From contig CAWVRT010000006.1 in NCBI GenBank assembly GCA_963932515.1, positions 9,305 through 73,304 on the forward strand: a DNA stretch of 64,000 bases, in the 5' to 3' direction. This DNA comes from an uncultured Chitinophagales bacterium (lineage in GTDB: Bacteria; Bacteroidota; Bacteroidia; Chitinophagales; UBA8649). The position numbers and the translations under genes are program-made. Numbering within the stretch: the first letter of the stretch is position 1; each line of letters starts with the position of its first letter. Below the pieces are notes generated by a model that was given only the letters and a program-made list of their open reading frames with translations, did not search any database and was not told the origin of the DNA. Below, piece by piece: positions 1-9,810 of this stretch.

Positions 1-252
1 TAAGAAAATAAATATTTTGGTATACTGGTGGTTTTTAATATACCAATGTTTATGATTACTGTCTTTGCCTAAAATTCTAAACAGGTTGTAAACAAACAGT
101 GTAGAAAAGAAAAGAAAAAAAGCAGTTGAATTAAGTTTTACGTTTAGGCCAATTTGCAACAAACTTAACTCATAAAAGCATACAGTTGCTAAAGCTATCC
201 AAATATTAGAATTGACTAAAAACCGAATAGTATTTATAAATATGTTTTTCAA
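1..252 (-). CDS. Partial hydrophobic membrane protein (about 84 N-terminal codons, continues past the window start). Family uncertain, possibly a UbiA-like prenyltransferase.
   Basis: The minus-strand frame is open from just after the ZIP gene stop (265-267) to position 1. The only plausible start is TTG at 250-252. My translation, LKNIFINTIRFLVNSNIWIALATVCFYELSLLQIG...FFLFFSTLFVYNLFRIL, looks like TM helices. It is absent from the ORF track because it runs off the window. Confidence 0.3.
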   Translation of the reverse strand, partial: MKNIFINTIRFLVNSNIWIALATVCFYELSLLQIGLNVKLNSTAFFLFFSTLFVYNLFRILGKDSNHKHWYIKNHQYTKIFIFL

Positions 253-264
253 AATGAAGTTTAT

Positions 265-1083
265 TTAACCTAAAGCCACATCTAAACTCATCATAACAAT
301 AAATCCAATAATCAAACCCATGGTGGCATAATCGGTATATTTATCTTGCTGTGTTTCAGGAATAACTTCTTCTACAACTACAAATATCATTGCCCCTGCA
401 GCATAAGCCAATGCGTAAGGCAAAATTGGTTTAAAAGTAACTACCGCCAACGCACCGACAACAGCTGCAATAGGTTCTACAATAGCTGACATTTGACCAT
501 ACCAAAAACTTTTAAAACGACTCAAACCCTGTCTTCTCAATGGCATTGATACGGCAAATCCTTCTGGGAAATTTTGTAAACCAATCCCTATAGCTAAAGC
601 TACTGCACCACCAATAGTTGCACCTTCATACCCAGCAGCAACACCACCAAAAAGAACACCAACAGCTAGTCCTTCAGGAATGTTATGTAAAGTAATTGCC
701 AATACCAATAAAGTCGTTTTATGCCAAGGAGTTTTAATTCCTTCTGCTTCCTTAAAATTGATATGCATGTGTGGTAAAAATTTATCTAAAGCAAATAGAG
801 AAATTGCCCCTAAAAAGAAACCTATTGCCGCCGGCATTACTTTTACAAAGCCTTCCCCTGGGCTCATTTCAATACAGGGCGCTAATAAACTCCAGAAACT
901 TGCAGCAATCATTACTCCACCGGTAAAACCTAACATGGTATCTAATACCATTCGGTTCATTCCTTTAAAAAAGAATACTAAGGAAGCCCCTAAAGCTGTA
1001 ACTCCCCAAGTGAAAAGCGTAGCATATAATGCCGCCAACACAGGATCTATTGTTTCGAAATAGGCTATTATTTGATCTATCAT
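265..1083 (-). CDS. ZIP family divalent metal (Zn/Fe/Mn) transporter
   Basis: 272 aa and polytopic. Carries the ZIP signature HNIPEGLAVG and a second NFPEGFAVS. ATG start checked. It lies 1 nt downstream of a metal-dependent regulator gene. Confidence 0.85.
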   Translation of the reverse strand: MIDQIIAYFETIDPVLAALYATLFTWGVTALGASLVFFFKGMNRMVLDTMLGFTGGVMIAASFWSLLAPCIEMSPGEGFVKVMPAAIGFFLGAISLFALDKFLPHMHINFKEAEGIKTPWHKTTLLVLAITLHNIPEGLAVGVLFGGVAAGYEGATIGGAVALAIGIGLQNFPEGFAVSMPLRRQGLSRFKSFWYGQMSAIVEPIAAVVGALAVVTFKPILPYALAYAAGAMIFVVVEEVIPETQQDKYTDYATMGLIIGFIVMMSLDVALG

Positions 1084-1084
1084 T

Positions 1085-1747
1085 TTAATTTATTTTAGCT
1101 ATAATCAGATTGTTTGCTATTTGATTGGAAATATTAATTTCTATATTATTAATTTCTATAATTAAAGAATTATCAAATTCTTCTTTATTTATTATGGTAA
1201 TAATACTGCCTAAGCTAATCTTTAATTTTTCTAAATATTTTAGAAAGCTATTAGAAGAATCTTTTACGCCTACTACTTTACAAATCGTTTTTAAGGGAAT
1301 ATTTGAAAGTACTAAAGTGTGACGTAACGACACTTTACCATCTTTATCTGGAATAGGGTCTCCATGTGGATCGTGTGTTGGGAAATCTAAAAAAGCATCT
1401 AATCGGTTGACCAATTCTTCTGATTTAATATGTTCTAATTGCTCGGCAACATCATGTACTTCATCCCATTTGAAATTTAGTTTTTCAACCATAAAAAATT
1501 CCCACAATCTATGTTTTCGCACAATTGAAAGTGCTATACTTTTACCTTTTTTGGTTACAGAAACTCCTTTATATTTTTGATAATTAACTAAATCCTTTTG
1601 AGCTAACTTCTTTAACATATCTGTAACAGAAGAAGCTTTGGTTTCTAACTTTTCTGCGATCAAATTCGTGTTGATGATCGATTCATTCAAATCTAACTCT
1701 AAACGATATATTGCTTTTAAATAATTTTCTTCTGATTGACTAAACAT
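1085..1747 (-). CDS. DtxR/MntR family metal-dependent transcriptional regulator with a C-terminal FeoA/SH3-like domain
   Basis: N-terminal winged HTH (SEENYLKAIY...VTDMLKKLAQKDLV), metal-binding and dimerisation region (HRLWEFF...HDVAEQLEH), then a FeoA-like tail. The track start at 1753 is TTG. The ATG two codons in (1747) is more likely. Confidence 0.8.
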   Translation of the reverse strand: MFSQSEENYLKAIYRLELDLNESIINTNLIAEKLETKASSVTDMLKKLAQKDLVNYQKYKGVSVTKKGKSIALSIVRKHRLWEFFMVEKLNFKWDEVHDVAEQLEHIKSEELVNRLDAFLDFPTHDPHGDPIPDKDGKVSLRHTLVLSNIPLKTICKVVGVKDSSNSFLKYLEKLKISLGSIITIINKEEFDNSLIIEINNIEINISNQIANNLIIAKIN

Positions 1748-1761
1748 GTACAACTTTTATA

Positions 1762-1769
1762 CAAAGATA
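1762..1769 (-). promoter_or_regulatory. Candidate -7 promoter box TATCTTTG (TAnnTTTG) for the mntR-like/ZIP operon
   Basis: Exact match to the Bacteroidota sigma-A -7 consensus. The plus strand reads CAAAGATA. It lies about 15 nt upstream of the ATG at 1747. Confidence 0.5.
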
Positions 1770-1775
1770 ATATTA

Positions 1776-1795
1776 TTTTTAGACAAGACTAAAAA
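1776..1795. promoter_or_regulatory. Candidate operator: inverted repeat TTTTTAG-N6-CTAAAAA
   Basis: Perfect 7-bp arms read directly from the sequence. It sits between the -7 box and the expected -33 position of the regulator's own promoter. Confidence 0.35.
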
Positions 1796-1901
1796 ATATT
1801 TTTACATTCTTAAATTGATGTGTAATATGAGTAGGCCTCACTGGGTTTAAAAAACCATTTTATATAAGAGAAGAATTAGTGCTGAGTTTTGAACGAAAAA
1901 C

Positions 1902-3125
1902 CTACTGATACCTCAAAGCATCTACAGGATTCATTTTACTTGCTTTTAAAGCAGGAAAAACACCGGCACTAAGACCAATAAGCGTACTAAATATTAAGCC
2001 AGAAACTACCCAAAAAAAAGGAAATACAAAGCCGGAACCCAGAAAGAAAGAGAGTGAATTTCCTAACAATACCCCCAGAACAATCCCAACTAAAGCACCA
2101 AAAATACAGAGTAAAACAGCTTCACTCAAAAACTGATTAAAAATAGTTCTACTCGTAGCTCCTAAAGATTTAGACAAGCCAATTTCTCTGGTTCTTTCAT
2201 TTACTGATACCAACATAATATTCATCAATCCTACACCCGCTCCTGTTAATGTTAATATACCAATAATTACCGTTGCAATACTAATATATGACATTTGAGA
2301 AATTAAAGTGTTGGCTAACTTATCGCTTTTTGCCACAGAAAAATCAGTCGCTTCTAATGCGCCTAATCTTCTGATAGAACGAAAAATTCCAATAGCCTCA
2401 TCTATAGCCCAATCAACTTTATCAATATCGAAAACAGCTACTAAAATATCAAAACTGGCTTTACTTAAATCAAATTCTCTTTTAGCATTAACATAGGGAA
2501 TTAAAGCAAAATTATCATTTTTCCCTGCGGTAGAACCTTTAGACTTTGTTACGCCAATGATTTTATATTTCTTATTTTCTAAAAAAATCATAGTGCCTAA
2601 AATAGAATCTATATTTTCAAAATTTGAGGCTGCTAATTCATATCCTATCACAACAACGTTTCTTCCATTTTCAACTTCCAGCTTAGAAAATGAACGGCCC
2701 ATCATTAAGTTCTTCCCACTTACTTTCATATAATTGCCATCTACAGCCATTAATGAAACTACAGGATTTGATTCCTTAAAATTATTTTTTGCCGTTGCAG
2801 AACTAGTGATTTGTGTATTTAAAGATAATTCCGCTGGAAAAGAATATTTAGCCAAAAACTTCTCGGCTTCTTTAGTCGAAATTATAGGGTTTTCATTTTT
2901 TTGATTGTGTCTTCTTCGTAAACCATCCGACTGCTGAATAGTAAAAGTATTTGAACCTAAAGAAGCAAAATTTGCTGTTAAAGAATTTTCTAAAACATCT
3001 ATAGAAGTTAAAATACCTATTAAAGCAGCTATTCCAATAGCGATAATAGAAAGCGTTAAAACACTCCTCAAAATATTCGCTTTTAAGGTTCTAATGGCCA
3101 AATTTATGATGTCAAATAAATTCAC
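1902..3125 (-). CDS. ABC transporter permease, FtsX/MacB-like
   Basis: 407 aa. N-terminal TM, large periplasmic MacB-like core, and a C-terminal FtsX 3-TM bundle (ERTREIGLSKSLGATSRTI). The start codon is GTG. No ATPase gene is adjacent. Confidence 0.8.
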   Translation of the reverse strand: MNLFDIINLAIRTLKANILRSVLTLSIIAIGIAALIGILTSIDVLENSLTANFASLGSNTFTIQQSDGLRRRHNQKNENPIISTKEAEKFLAKYSFPAELSLNTQITSSATAKNNFKESNPVVSLMAVDGNYMKVSGKNLMMGRSFSKLEVENGRNVVVIGYELAASNFENIDSILGTMIFLENKKYKIIGVTKSKGSTAGKNDNFALIPYVNAKREFDLSKASFDILVAVFDIDKVDWAIDEAIGIFRSIRRLGALEATDFSVAKSDKLANTLISQMSYISIATVIIGILTLTGAGVGLMNIMLVSVNERTREIGLSKSLGATSRTIFNQFLSEAVLLCIFGALVGIVLGVLLGNSLSFFLGSGFVFPFFWVVSGLIFSTLIGLSAGVFPALKASKMNPVDALRYQ

Positions 3126-3274
3126 AAGGTAAAAGTACTCAAACAGAAATTAGATTAACAATTCAGAAAGACATTTATTCAAAATAGTTCATTAAATTGA
3201 GGTTTTAAAAAATAACAAGATTCTTAAAGAAAAGATAGTAACTTGCAGTTTTAATTAACAGTCACTAAACGGCA

Positions 3275-4120
3275 ATGCAAAATTTCAGAATTTTTATAGA
3301 AAGTATATTAAATTATCAATTATTACACATAGGAGACTATTCTATTTTTGTGCATAATATTGCTTCAATTTTACTTATATTATTTTTAACCAAGTTGTCA
3401 CTTTATTTATTGAAGAAAATGGTTTACACCATAGGTTCTAAAAGATATGTAAGCAAAGATAATTTATACACTATTGTGAAAATTATTAGCTATTTTATTT
3501 GGGTTTTCAGCACATTACTCATACTAAATGCTCTAGGAATAAAAGGTTCTGCGATACTTACAAGTTCTGCGGCTTTATTAGTAGGTGTTGGTTTAGGTTT
3601 ACAACAAACCTTTAATGATTTTATCTCTGGTATAATATTACTGTTTGAAGGAAAAACAAAAATTAAAGACATTATAGAATTAGATGGAAAAATTCTACAG
3701 CTACTATCTATTGGATTAAGAACCACAGAATGTATAGATAGAGATGGGGTTTCTATTATTATTCCAAACTCTAAGATTGTTACTAACCATCTCATTAACT
3801 ATTCACATAGAAAAACTGAAATACGTTTTCATGTAAATATTGGTGTAGCTTATGGTAGTGATGTAGAATTGGTTGTTCAATTATTAGAAGCATGTGCAAA
3901 AACACATCCTAAAATAAATCAAAAAGAAATAATTGAAGCTCGTTTTATAGATTTTGGAAGCTCTGCATTACAATTTAGAATATTCTTTTCAAGTAGTGAT
4001 ATCTTTACTATAGAAAAGGTAAAAAGTGATCTTAGAATGATTATTAGTAAGTCTTTTATCGAAAACAATATTAAGGTGCCTTTCCCACAAATGGATATTC
4101 ATTTGAATAATAAAGCTTAA
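3275..4120 (+). CDS. Mechanosensitive ion channel, MscS family
   Basis: 281 aa. Pore helix motif SSAALLVGVGLGLQQTFNDFISGIILLFE followed by a beta-domain. Confidence 0.8.
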   Translation: MQNFRIFIESILNYQLLHIGDYSIFVHNIASILLILFLTKLSLYLLKKMVYTIGSKRYVSKDNLYTIVKIISYFIWVFSTLLILNALGIKGSAILTSSAALLVGVGLGLQQTFNDFISGIILLFEGKTKIKDIIELDGKILQLLSIGLRTTECIDRDGVSIIIPNSKIVTNHLINYSHRKTEIRFHVNIGVAYGSDVELVVQLLEACAKTHPKINQKEIIEARFIDFGSSALQFRIFFSSSDIFTIEKVKSDLRMIISKSFIENNIKVPFPQMDIHLNNKA

Positions 4121-4182
4121 AGCAAGAGTAAAATAAACTTCATCCGAAAAAAGAAACAACAACTTCCCCCTTCATTAATTTC

Positions 4183-5388
4183 TTAAATTCCAGCGCCAAA
4201 TACTAAATCTAAATTGGTATATTTTATACTATACTTTTGAGCCAAATGTAGATTGGTTAAGTGTCCATTAAATGCATAAACACCTGAACAAACACCGATA
4301 TTTGTATGCAGTAGGCTTTTAAATCCTCCAACATCAAAAGCTTCATTTAGTATCGGTGAAAAAATATGACTTAATGCTACTGAAGATGTTTTTGAGGTTC
4401 TAGAAGGAATATTTGGAACACAATAATGTATAACACCATGTTTTATAAATGTGGGGTGTTCATGTGTTGTAATTTCACTGGTTTCAAAGCAACCTCCTTG
4501 ATCTATACTAACATCAATAATTACAGAACCGTCTTTCATTTCCATAACCATTTCTTCTGTAACCAACAAAGGCGTTCTACCTTTTTCATTGTGTACTGCA
4601 CCAATTACCACATCGGCATTTCTCAATTCCTCTAATAATATCTGATTTGAAATAGTTGAAGTAAATATACGTTGTCCAATTTTATCTTGTAGGTCTAATA
4701 ATTTATAAACATTATTATCAAAAACCGAAATTTGAGCGCCTAAACCTAGGCAAGCTTTTGCCGCATAAGTTCCAACAACTCCTGCTCCTAAAATAACTAC
4801 TTTTGCAGGAGGTACACCTGAAATTCCTCCTAATAAAATACCGTTTCCATTATTTGCATTACTCAATAATTCAGCTGCTATTAAAACAACCGAAGCACCT
4901 GCAATTTCACTCATTGCACGAACTACAGGAAAATTACCAATATCATCTTTTATAAATTCGTAAGCAATAGCCGTTGTACGTTTTTTCATTAAATAATACA
5001 AATACTCCTTAGTCATAGTAGGCATATGTATTGGGGAAATAACCGTTTGATTCATTTGTAATAATTCCAACTCAAACAATGTTGGTGGAGCTACTTTTAT
5101 AATAATATCTGCTTTAAAAACTTCTTCTGTATTCTTAGTAATTTCTGCTCCTGCCTCTGAATACATGATATCGTAAAACCCACATTCTTTACCAGCATCA
5201 TGCTCTACTAAAACTTGATGTCCTTGAGAAACTAAAGCTCTAACAGCATCTGGCGTTAAACCAATTCTTTGATCTTGAAAAGATCTTTCTTTGGGTAAAC
5301 CAATAAATAATTTACCTTTTTTTTGAGAAACAATTACTGGTTGTTCCTGTGGTGTCAATCCCAATTTAGCAGTATAATCTGAAGTCAT
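4183..5388 (-). CDS. ald: Alanine dehydrogenase / PNT-family NAD-dependent dehydrogenase
   Basis: 401 aa. AlaDH/PNT N-terminal domain and Rossmann motif VVILGAGVVGTYAA. The N-terminal extension is about 30 aa longer than classical Ald, so the exact substrate is uncertain. Confidence 0.6.
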   Translation of the reverse strand: MTSDYTAKLGLTPQEQPVIVSQKKGKLFIGLPKERSFQDQRIGLTPDAVRALVSQGHQVLVEHDAGKECGFYDIMYSEAGAEITKNTEEVFKADIIIKVAPPTLFELELLQMNQTVISPIHMPTMTKEYLYYLMKKRTTAIAYEFIKDDIGNFPVVRAMSEIAGASVVLIAAELLSNANNGNGILLGGISGVPPAKVVILGAGVVGTYAAKACLGLGAQISVFDNNVYKLLDLQDKIGQRIFTSTISNQILLEELRNADVVIGAVHNEKGRTPLLVTEEMVMEMKDGSVIIDVSIDQGGCFETSEITTHEHPTFIKHGVIHYCVPNIPSRTSKTSSVALSHIFSPILNEAFDVGGFKSLLHTNIGVCSGVYAFNGHLTNLHLAQKYSIKYTNLDLVFGAGI

Positions 5389-5555
5389 AGTATAAAGGTT
5401 TTTGTAAAGATAATAATTTTTTGGCTTTTGACAACAGTAATAAGCTATAGGCTGTTTGCTGTCAACTATTCAATAGTTGAAAATTAAACTAATCTCAAAA
5501 ACTTTCTATTAAAATAGTTTATAGCTTAAAAATGAGCTATTTTTAAATTTTAAAT

Positions 5556-7535
5556 ATGACTACAACTATTAAATATATTCTTTTCCTGATTTTAACGATT
5601 GGTCTTTTGACCTGTAAGACTTCTAAAGAAATCTCTGATGGCTCGGTGGCTTTCGATTTGAAACAATATACATTGGCAAAAAGCTTATTAAACAAAGAAA
5701 TTCCTACTGCCAAAGAATCTTTAAAACTGAAAAAAATATTACAATTAGCAGATAGCTACAAATTCTCTAACGAAGCTGGCAATGCTGCTAAATGGTATCA
5801 AAAAGCAATAGACCTTAGTGGGAAAAATGAATTATATTTCGATTTAGCTAAAATGCAAAAACAGTCGGAAAATTTTGAAAAGGCAATAGCATCTTTCCTA
5901 AAATATAAAGAATTGACTTTTGATGAATATAGAGCAGTTCCAGAAATTTCCATTTGCCAAAAAATTCTAAAAGAACAAGCAAAGCTAAATAATATGCGTG
6001 TTCAAAATTTAGAAAAAATAAACTCTTCAAAATCAGATTTTAGTGCTACTATTTACAAAAATGGAAATTTGATTATTTCTTCTACTAGAAAACAAGCTAC
6101 GGGTTCAGACATTCACCCTTGGAATGGAGAAAAAAATAGTGATTTATTTTTAGTAGATCTCAAAAATAATTTAGTAGAAAAATATGATACGATTTTAAAT
6201 ACAAGTTTTCCAGAAGCAAATATTACTTTCAATAGTGATTTTTCTATTGCTTATTTCACGCGTTGTGATTTTACGAACAACATAGCTGAAAATGGTTATT
6301 GCCATATTTTTAAAACAGAGAAAGATGGGGAAGAATGGTTTCCTGCTGAAAAAATAGCATTATTTCCAGATAGTATAAATATTGGTCAACCTTTCTTAAC
6401 AAAAGATGGAAAAAGACTTTACTTTTCTGCTGATTGGAAAGATGGTTATGGCGGAAACGACATTTATTATGTAAATATAAAAGATGGTGAATATGGGTTT
6501 CCCATCAATGCAGGTTTTCACGTAAATACAAAAGAAGATGAATTATTTCCTACCTTAGACAGTAAAGGGAATTTATATTTTTCGACTAGTGGTCGTACGG
6601 GTTTTGGTGGTTTAGATATTTTTAAATCTATTCCAGAAAACAAAGGTTATGCAACAGCAGAACAAATGTCTTATCCTATAAATTCTGGTGCGGATGATTT
6701 TTATTTGGTATACACTAAAGAATTTGATGGTCAAGAAACTAATGGATTGATTGAAGAAGCTTTTTTCTCTTCTACTCGAAAAGGTGGAAAAGGAAATGAT
6801 GACATTTATTTATACAAAAAAGAGTTACTAAACAATTTCCGACTAGAATTATTTGCACAAGAAAAAACATATAAAACCCCTGAAGATGATGCTAGTGAGT
6901 TTTTAGGAATAGAAGCCTTAAAAGATGCTGAAATTAAATTAATCACTCTTTCTTCTACAGCTGAAAATGTAGAAATATCGAATGAAAATGGTTTAGCCTT
7001 TTTTGATTTAGCGGTAGAAACTGATTATAAAATATTGGTTTCTAAAAAGGATTATTTTAATCAATCTATCCTTATTTCTACTAAGAATTTACAAGATGTA
7101 AATTCTATAGAAATTGTACTAAAAGACACAGTAGAATTGGCTAAGATTTTTCCTGACAAAGAGATTGTTATTAAAAATATTTATTACGATTTAGACAAGG
7201 CAGCCTTAAGAACTGAATCTTTACCAGAGCTTGACAAATTGATTAACTTCTTTGAAGAAAACAATGATTTAACGATAGAAATTGGCTCACATACAGATAG
7301 TAGAGGTTCTGATGGTTACAATCTAGAATTATCCCAAAGAAGGGCACAATCTGTTGTAAACTACTTAGTTTCTAAAGGTATTCCGCCAAGACAATTGATT
7401 GCAAAAGGGTATGGAGAAACTAAGATATTAAACAGCTGCTTTAACGATATTGAATGTTCTGAAGAAGCGCATCAAGCTAATAGGCGTACAAGTTTTAAAG
7501 TGATTTCTACTAAAGGTATTTTGGAATCTGATTAA
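5556..7535 (+). CDS. OmpA-family outer-membrane/peptidoglycan-associated protein with TPR and TolB-like (PD40) repeats
   Basis: Signal/lipoprotein-like N-terminus (LLTC). Repeated ...LYFSS..GGxDIY motifs. C-terminal OmpA domain IEIGSHTDSRGSDGYNLELSQRRAQSV. Confidence 0.85.
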   Translation: MTTTIKYILFLILTIGLLTCKTSKEISDGSVAFDLKQYTLAKSLLNKEIPTAKESLKLKKILQLADSYKFSNEAGNAAKWYQKAIDLSGKNELYFDLAKMQKQSENFEKAIASFLKYKELTFDEYRAVPEISICQKILKEQAKLNNMRVQNLEKINSSKSDFSATIYKNGNLIISSTRKQATGSDIHPWNGEKNSDLFLVDLKNNLVEKYDTILNTSFPEANITFNSDFSIAYFTRCDFTNNIAENGYCHIFKTEKDGEEWFPAEKIALFPDSINIGQPFLTKDGKRLYFSADWKDGYGGNDIYYVNIKDGEYGFPINAGFHVNTKEDELFPTLDSKGNLYFSTSGRTGFGGLDIFKSIPENKGYATAEQMSYPINSGADDFYLVYTKEFDGQETNGLIEEAFFSSTRKGGKGNDDIYLYKKELLNNFRLELFAQEKTYKTPEDDASEFLGIEALKDAEIKLITLSSTAENVEISNENGLAFFDLAVETDYKILVSKKDYFNQSILISTKNLQDVNSIEIVLKDTVELAKIFPDKEIVIKNIYYDLDKAALRTESLPELDKLINFFEENNDLTIEIGSHTDSRGSDGYNLELSQRRAQSVVNYLVSKGIPPRQLIAKGYGETKILNSCFNDIECSEEAHQANRRTSFKVISTKGILESD

Positions 7536-7573
7536 AACTTATTTTTAAATAATTAACTTACAACTAAATCTAT

Positions 7574-8323
7574 ATGGACTACAAAACTACTTTTACTTAT
7601 ATTTGGATAGCAATTGGTGTTATAACTTTCTTCTATCTTTTATTTTTCAATACAGCGCCTTATGGTAGACATAGTTCTAAAAAATGGGGACCAACGATTT
7701 CCAATAAGTTTGGGTGGGTTCTAATGGAAAGTCCCGCTTTGCTATTTTTTTTATATTTTTCTTTAAAAGGAAACCCTATTTTCTCAAATCCTGTGTCAGT
7801 CTTTATTGGTTTATGGTGTATTCATTATTTTTATAGAAGTTTTATTTTTCCTTTTAGAATAAAAACTGACGGTAAAACCATTCCTTTAATTATTGCTTTA
7901 TCGGCTATTGCTTTCAATTCTGTAAACACTTGGCTAATTGGCTCTTTTATTAATGAAAATGCACAAGCTTATCCCGATTCTTGGTTTACGACTCCACAGT
8001 TTATAATTGGAATTATACTATTTACATCAGGGTTTATAATTAATCAATCGGCAGATAATACTTTATTAAACTTAAGAAAACCTGGAGAAACTGATTATAA
8101 AATTCCACAAGGGAAATTATTTACTTATGTTTCTAGCCCCAATTTATTGGGAGAAACAATTGAATGGATTGGATTTTTTGTAATGACTTGGCATATTGCT
8201 CCTTTTACATTTGCAGTTTGGACTATTGCCAATTTAGCACCTAGAGTTGTTGCTCACCATAAATGGTATAAAGAGAAATTTGAAGATTACCCGAAAGAAC
8301 GAAAAGCTTTTGGTTTCTTTTAA
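7574..8323 (+). CDS. Steroid 5-alpha-reductase / polyprenol reductase family membrane protein (3-oxo-5-alpha-steroid 4-dehydrogenase-like)
   Basis: 249 aa and polytopic. C-terminal family motif NLLGETIEWIGF...HHKWYKEKFEDYPKERKAFGFF. Confidence 0.7.
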   Translation: MDYKTTFTYIWIAIGVITFFYLLFFNTAPYGRHSSKKWGPTISNKFGWVLMESPALLFFLYFSLKGNPIFSNPVSVFIGLWCIHYFYRSFIFPFRIKTDGKTIPLIIALSAIAFNSVNTWLIGSFINENAQAYPDSWFTTPQFIIGIILFTSGFIINQSADNTLLNLRKPGETDYKIPQGKLFTYVSSPNLLGETIEWIGFFVMTWHIAPFTFAVWTIANLAPRVVAHHKWYKEKFEDYPKERKAFGFF

Positions 8324-8392
8324 AAAAGTTAATTCTAATTGACATAAGCCTATTATTTTTAACTGTTTCTAATTTAAAGAAATAAGTATATT

Positions 8393-8908
8393 TTACAAAT
8401 ACTTCTCTTCAATTACAGAACAGTGATGTAAATCATGACCTGCTAAAATATAAGCAATTGCTCTTACTGAAATTTTATTTCCACCAGCAGTTCCTGTTTT
8501 TTTAAGTATTTCTTTATCTAGTCCTTTAAAAAATTGAATACTGCAATTTCTTTGCGATTTATATTCTTTGAGTAAGTCTTTAAATTTTCGATTATTCGCA
8601 TTTGAATTTTCTACATATTCATTATGCTCGTAAGCTGGCAAACTAGTTGTATCATTCCTAGAAAACCTTAATGCTCTATTAATAAAAATTCTTTCATTAT
8701 CTATTAGGTGTAACAAGATTTCTTTAATAGTCCACTTTCCTGCTGCATAGCAAAACTGCTGCTTTTCTTTGGGAAAGGTTTTTACTAATTTTAAAACATA
8801 CTTTTTACTTTTTCTCAATGCCTTAACAGTACCTATTTCATCTACTAAGCTAATATACGTATTAAAATAAGGAGCAAATTCAGATTTTTTTAATTGAGAT
8901 GGTTTCAT
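8393..8908 (-). CDS. DinB family protein
   Basis: 171 aa. Four-helix-bundle-type His pattern (LLHLIDNE ... GHDLHH). Confidence 0.65.
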   Translation of the reverse strand: MKPSQLKKSEFAPYFNTYISLVDEIGTVKALRKSKKYVLKLVKTFPKEKQQFCYAAGKWTIKEILLHLIDNERIFINRALRFSRNDTTSLPAYEHNEYVENSNANNRKFKDLLKEYKSQRNCSIQFFKGLDKEILKKTGTAGGNKISVRAIAYILAGHDLHHCSVIEEKYL

Positions 8909-9033
8909 TTTTTAGATTTTTTTAAACTCTAAAGTCCTACAAAATTTTTGGAACGGTGTTTTTTACAAGTAAGTAAAGAAGTATTTTTAAATGCAAAAGA
9001 CGCTAGAAATAGAATAATTCAATGTTCTCTTTC

Positions 9034-9750
9034 TTAAAAATCCAACAAGTCTTCCATTCCAAAGAATCCTTTTTTACCTATTAGCCATTCGGCAGCCAAT
9101 ACAGAACCTAAAGCGAAGCCTTTTCTAGAATGTGCTGTATGTTTTAATTCAATCGTATCTTCTGAAGAATTGTAAATTACAGCATGTGTTCCTGGAACAG
9201 CGTCTTCTCTTTTAGCTTTGATTAATAATTCGTTTTCTAAGGCTGTTTCTCCTTCCTTCCAGCTTGTCTTAACTTCTAGCTCATTCAAGATTACTTCCGC
9301 AGTTTTTATAGCCGTGCCACTTGGCGAATCTAGTTTTTGAAGATGATGAATTTCTTCCATTGCTACATTGTAGTTTGGATAATTATTCATTAATTTAGCT
9401 AAAACAGCATTTATTTTAAAAAAAATATTGACCCCAATACTAAAATTTGGTGCATAGAATAGTGTCGCATTTTTTTCAGTCATTTTTTCTTTGACTATGA
9501 GGAATTGAGCTAACCAGCCTGTTGTTCCAGAAACTACTGGTACTCCTGCATCAAAACATCTATTGAAATTAGCAACTGCAGAAGCCGGCACTGAAAACTC
9601 AATCGCAACATCTGCTTTTTTGATATTTAAAATTGTTAAATCTTCTAAATTGTTATTATTTACTTTCAAAACGATTTCATGACCTCTTTCCAATAGAATT
9701 TTCGCTATTGTTTTACCCATTTTTCCATATCCTAAAATTGCTACTTTCAT
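9034..9750 (-). CDS. dapB: 4-hydroxy-tetrahydrodipicolinate reductase
   Basis: MKVAILGYGKMGK Rossmann N-terminus and the EIHHLQKLDSPSGTA signature. The track start (9789) is TTG and adds 13 non-conserved residues. The ATG at 9748-9750 is preferred. Confidence 0.9.
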   Translation of the reverse strand: MKVAILGYGKMGKTIAKILLERGHEIVLKVNNNNLEDLTILNIKKADVAIEFSVPASAVANFNRCFDAGVPVVSGTTGWLAQFLIVKEKMTEKNATLFYAPNFSIGVNIFFKINAVLAKLMNNYPNYNVAMEEIHHLQKLDSPSGTAIKTAEVILNELEVKTSWKEGETALENELLIKAKREDAVPGTHAVIYNSSEDTIELKHTAHSRKGFALGSVLAAEWLIGKKGFFGMEDLLDF

Positions 9751-9810
9751 TTGTTTATTTTTTAACTGTAAAAGTGTAAAGAGACTCAAAGTTTTTTTAC
9801 AATAATTTCT

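Noticed and set aside
680-1063. The many 60-130-aa antisense or alternative-frame ORFs in the track (for example 680-1063, 3490-3795, 42959-43348, 55334-55639, 62259-62537)
   Set aside because: Each is nested within a longer CDS with strong family motifs. These are typical long spurious frames of AT-rich DNA.
9751-9789. N-terminal extensions in the ORF track for dapB (TTG 9789), ftsZ (ATG 15846), murE (TTG 26026) and the MntR-like gene (TTG 1753)
   Set aside because: In each case an internal ATG gives the canonical family N-terminus. The extensions overlap upstream genes or add non-conserved residues.
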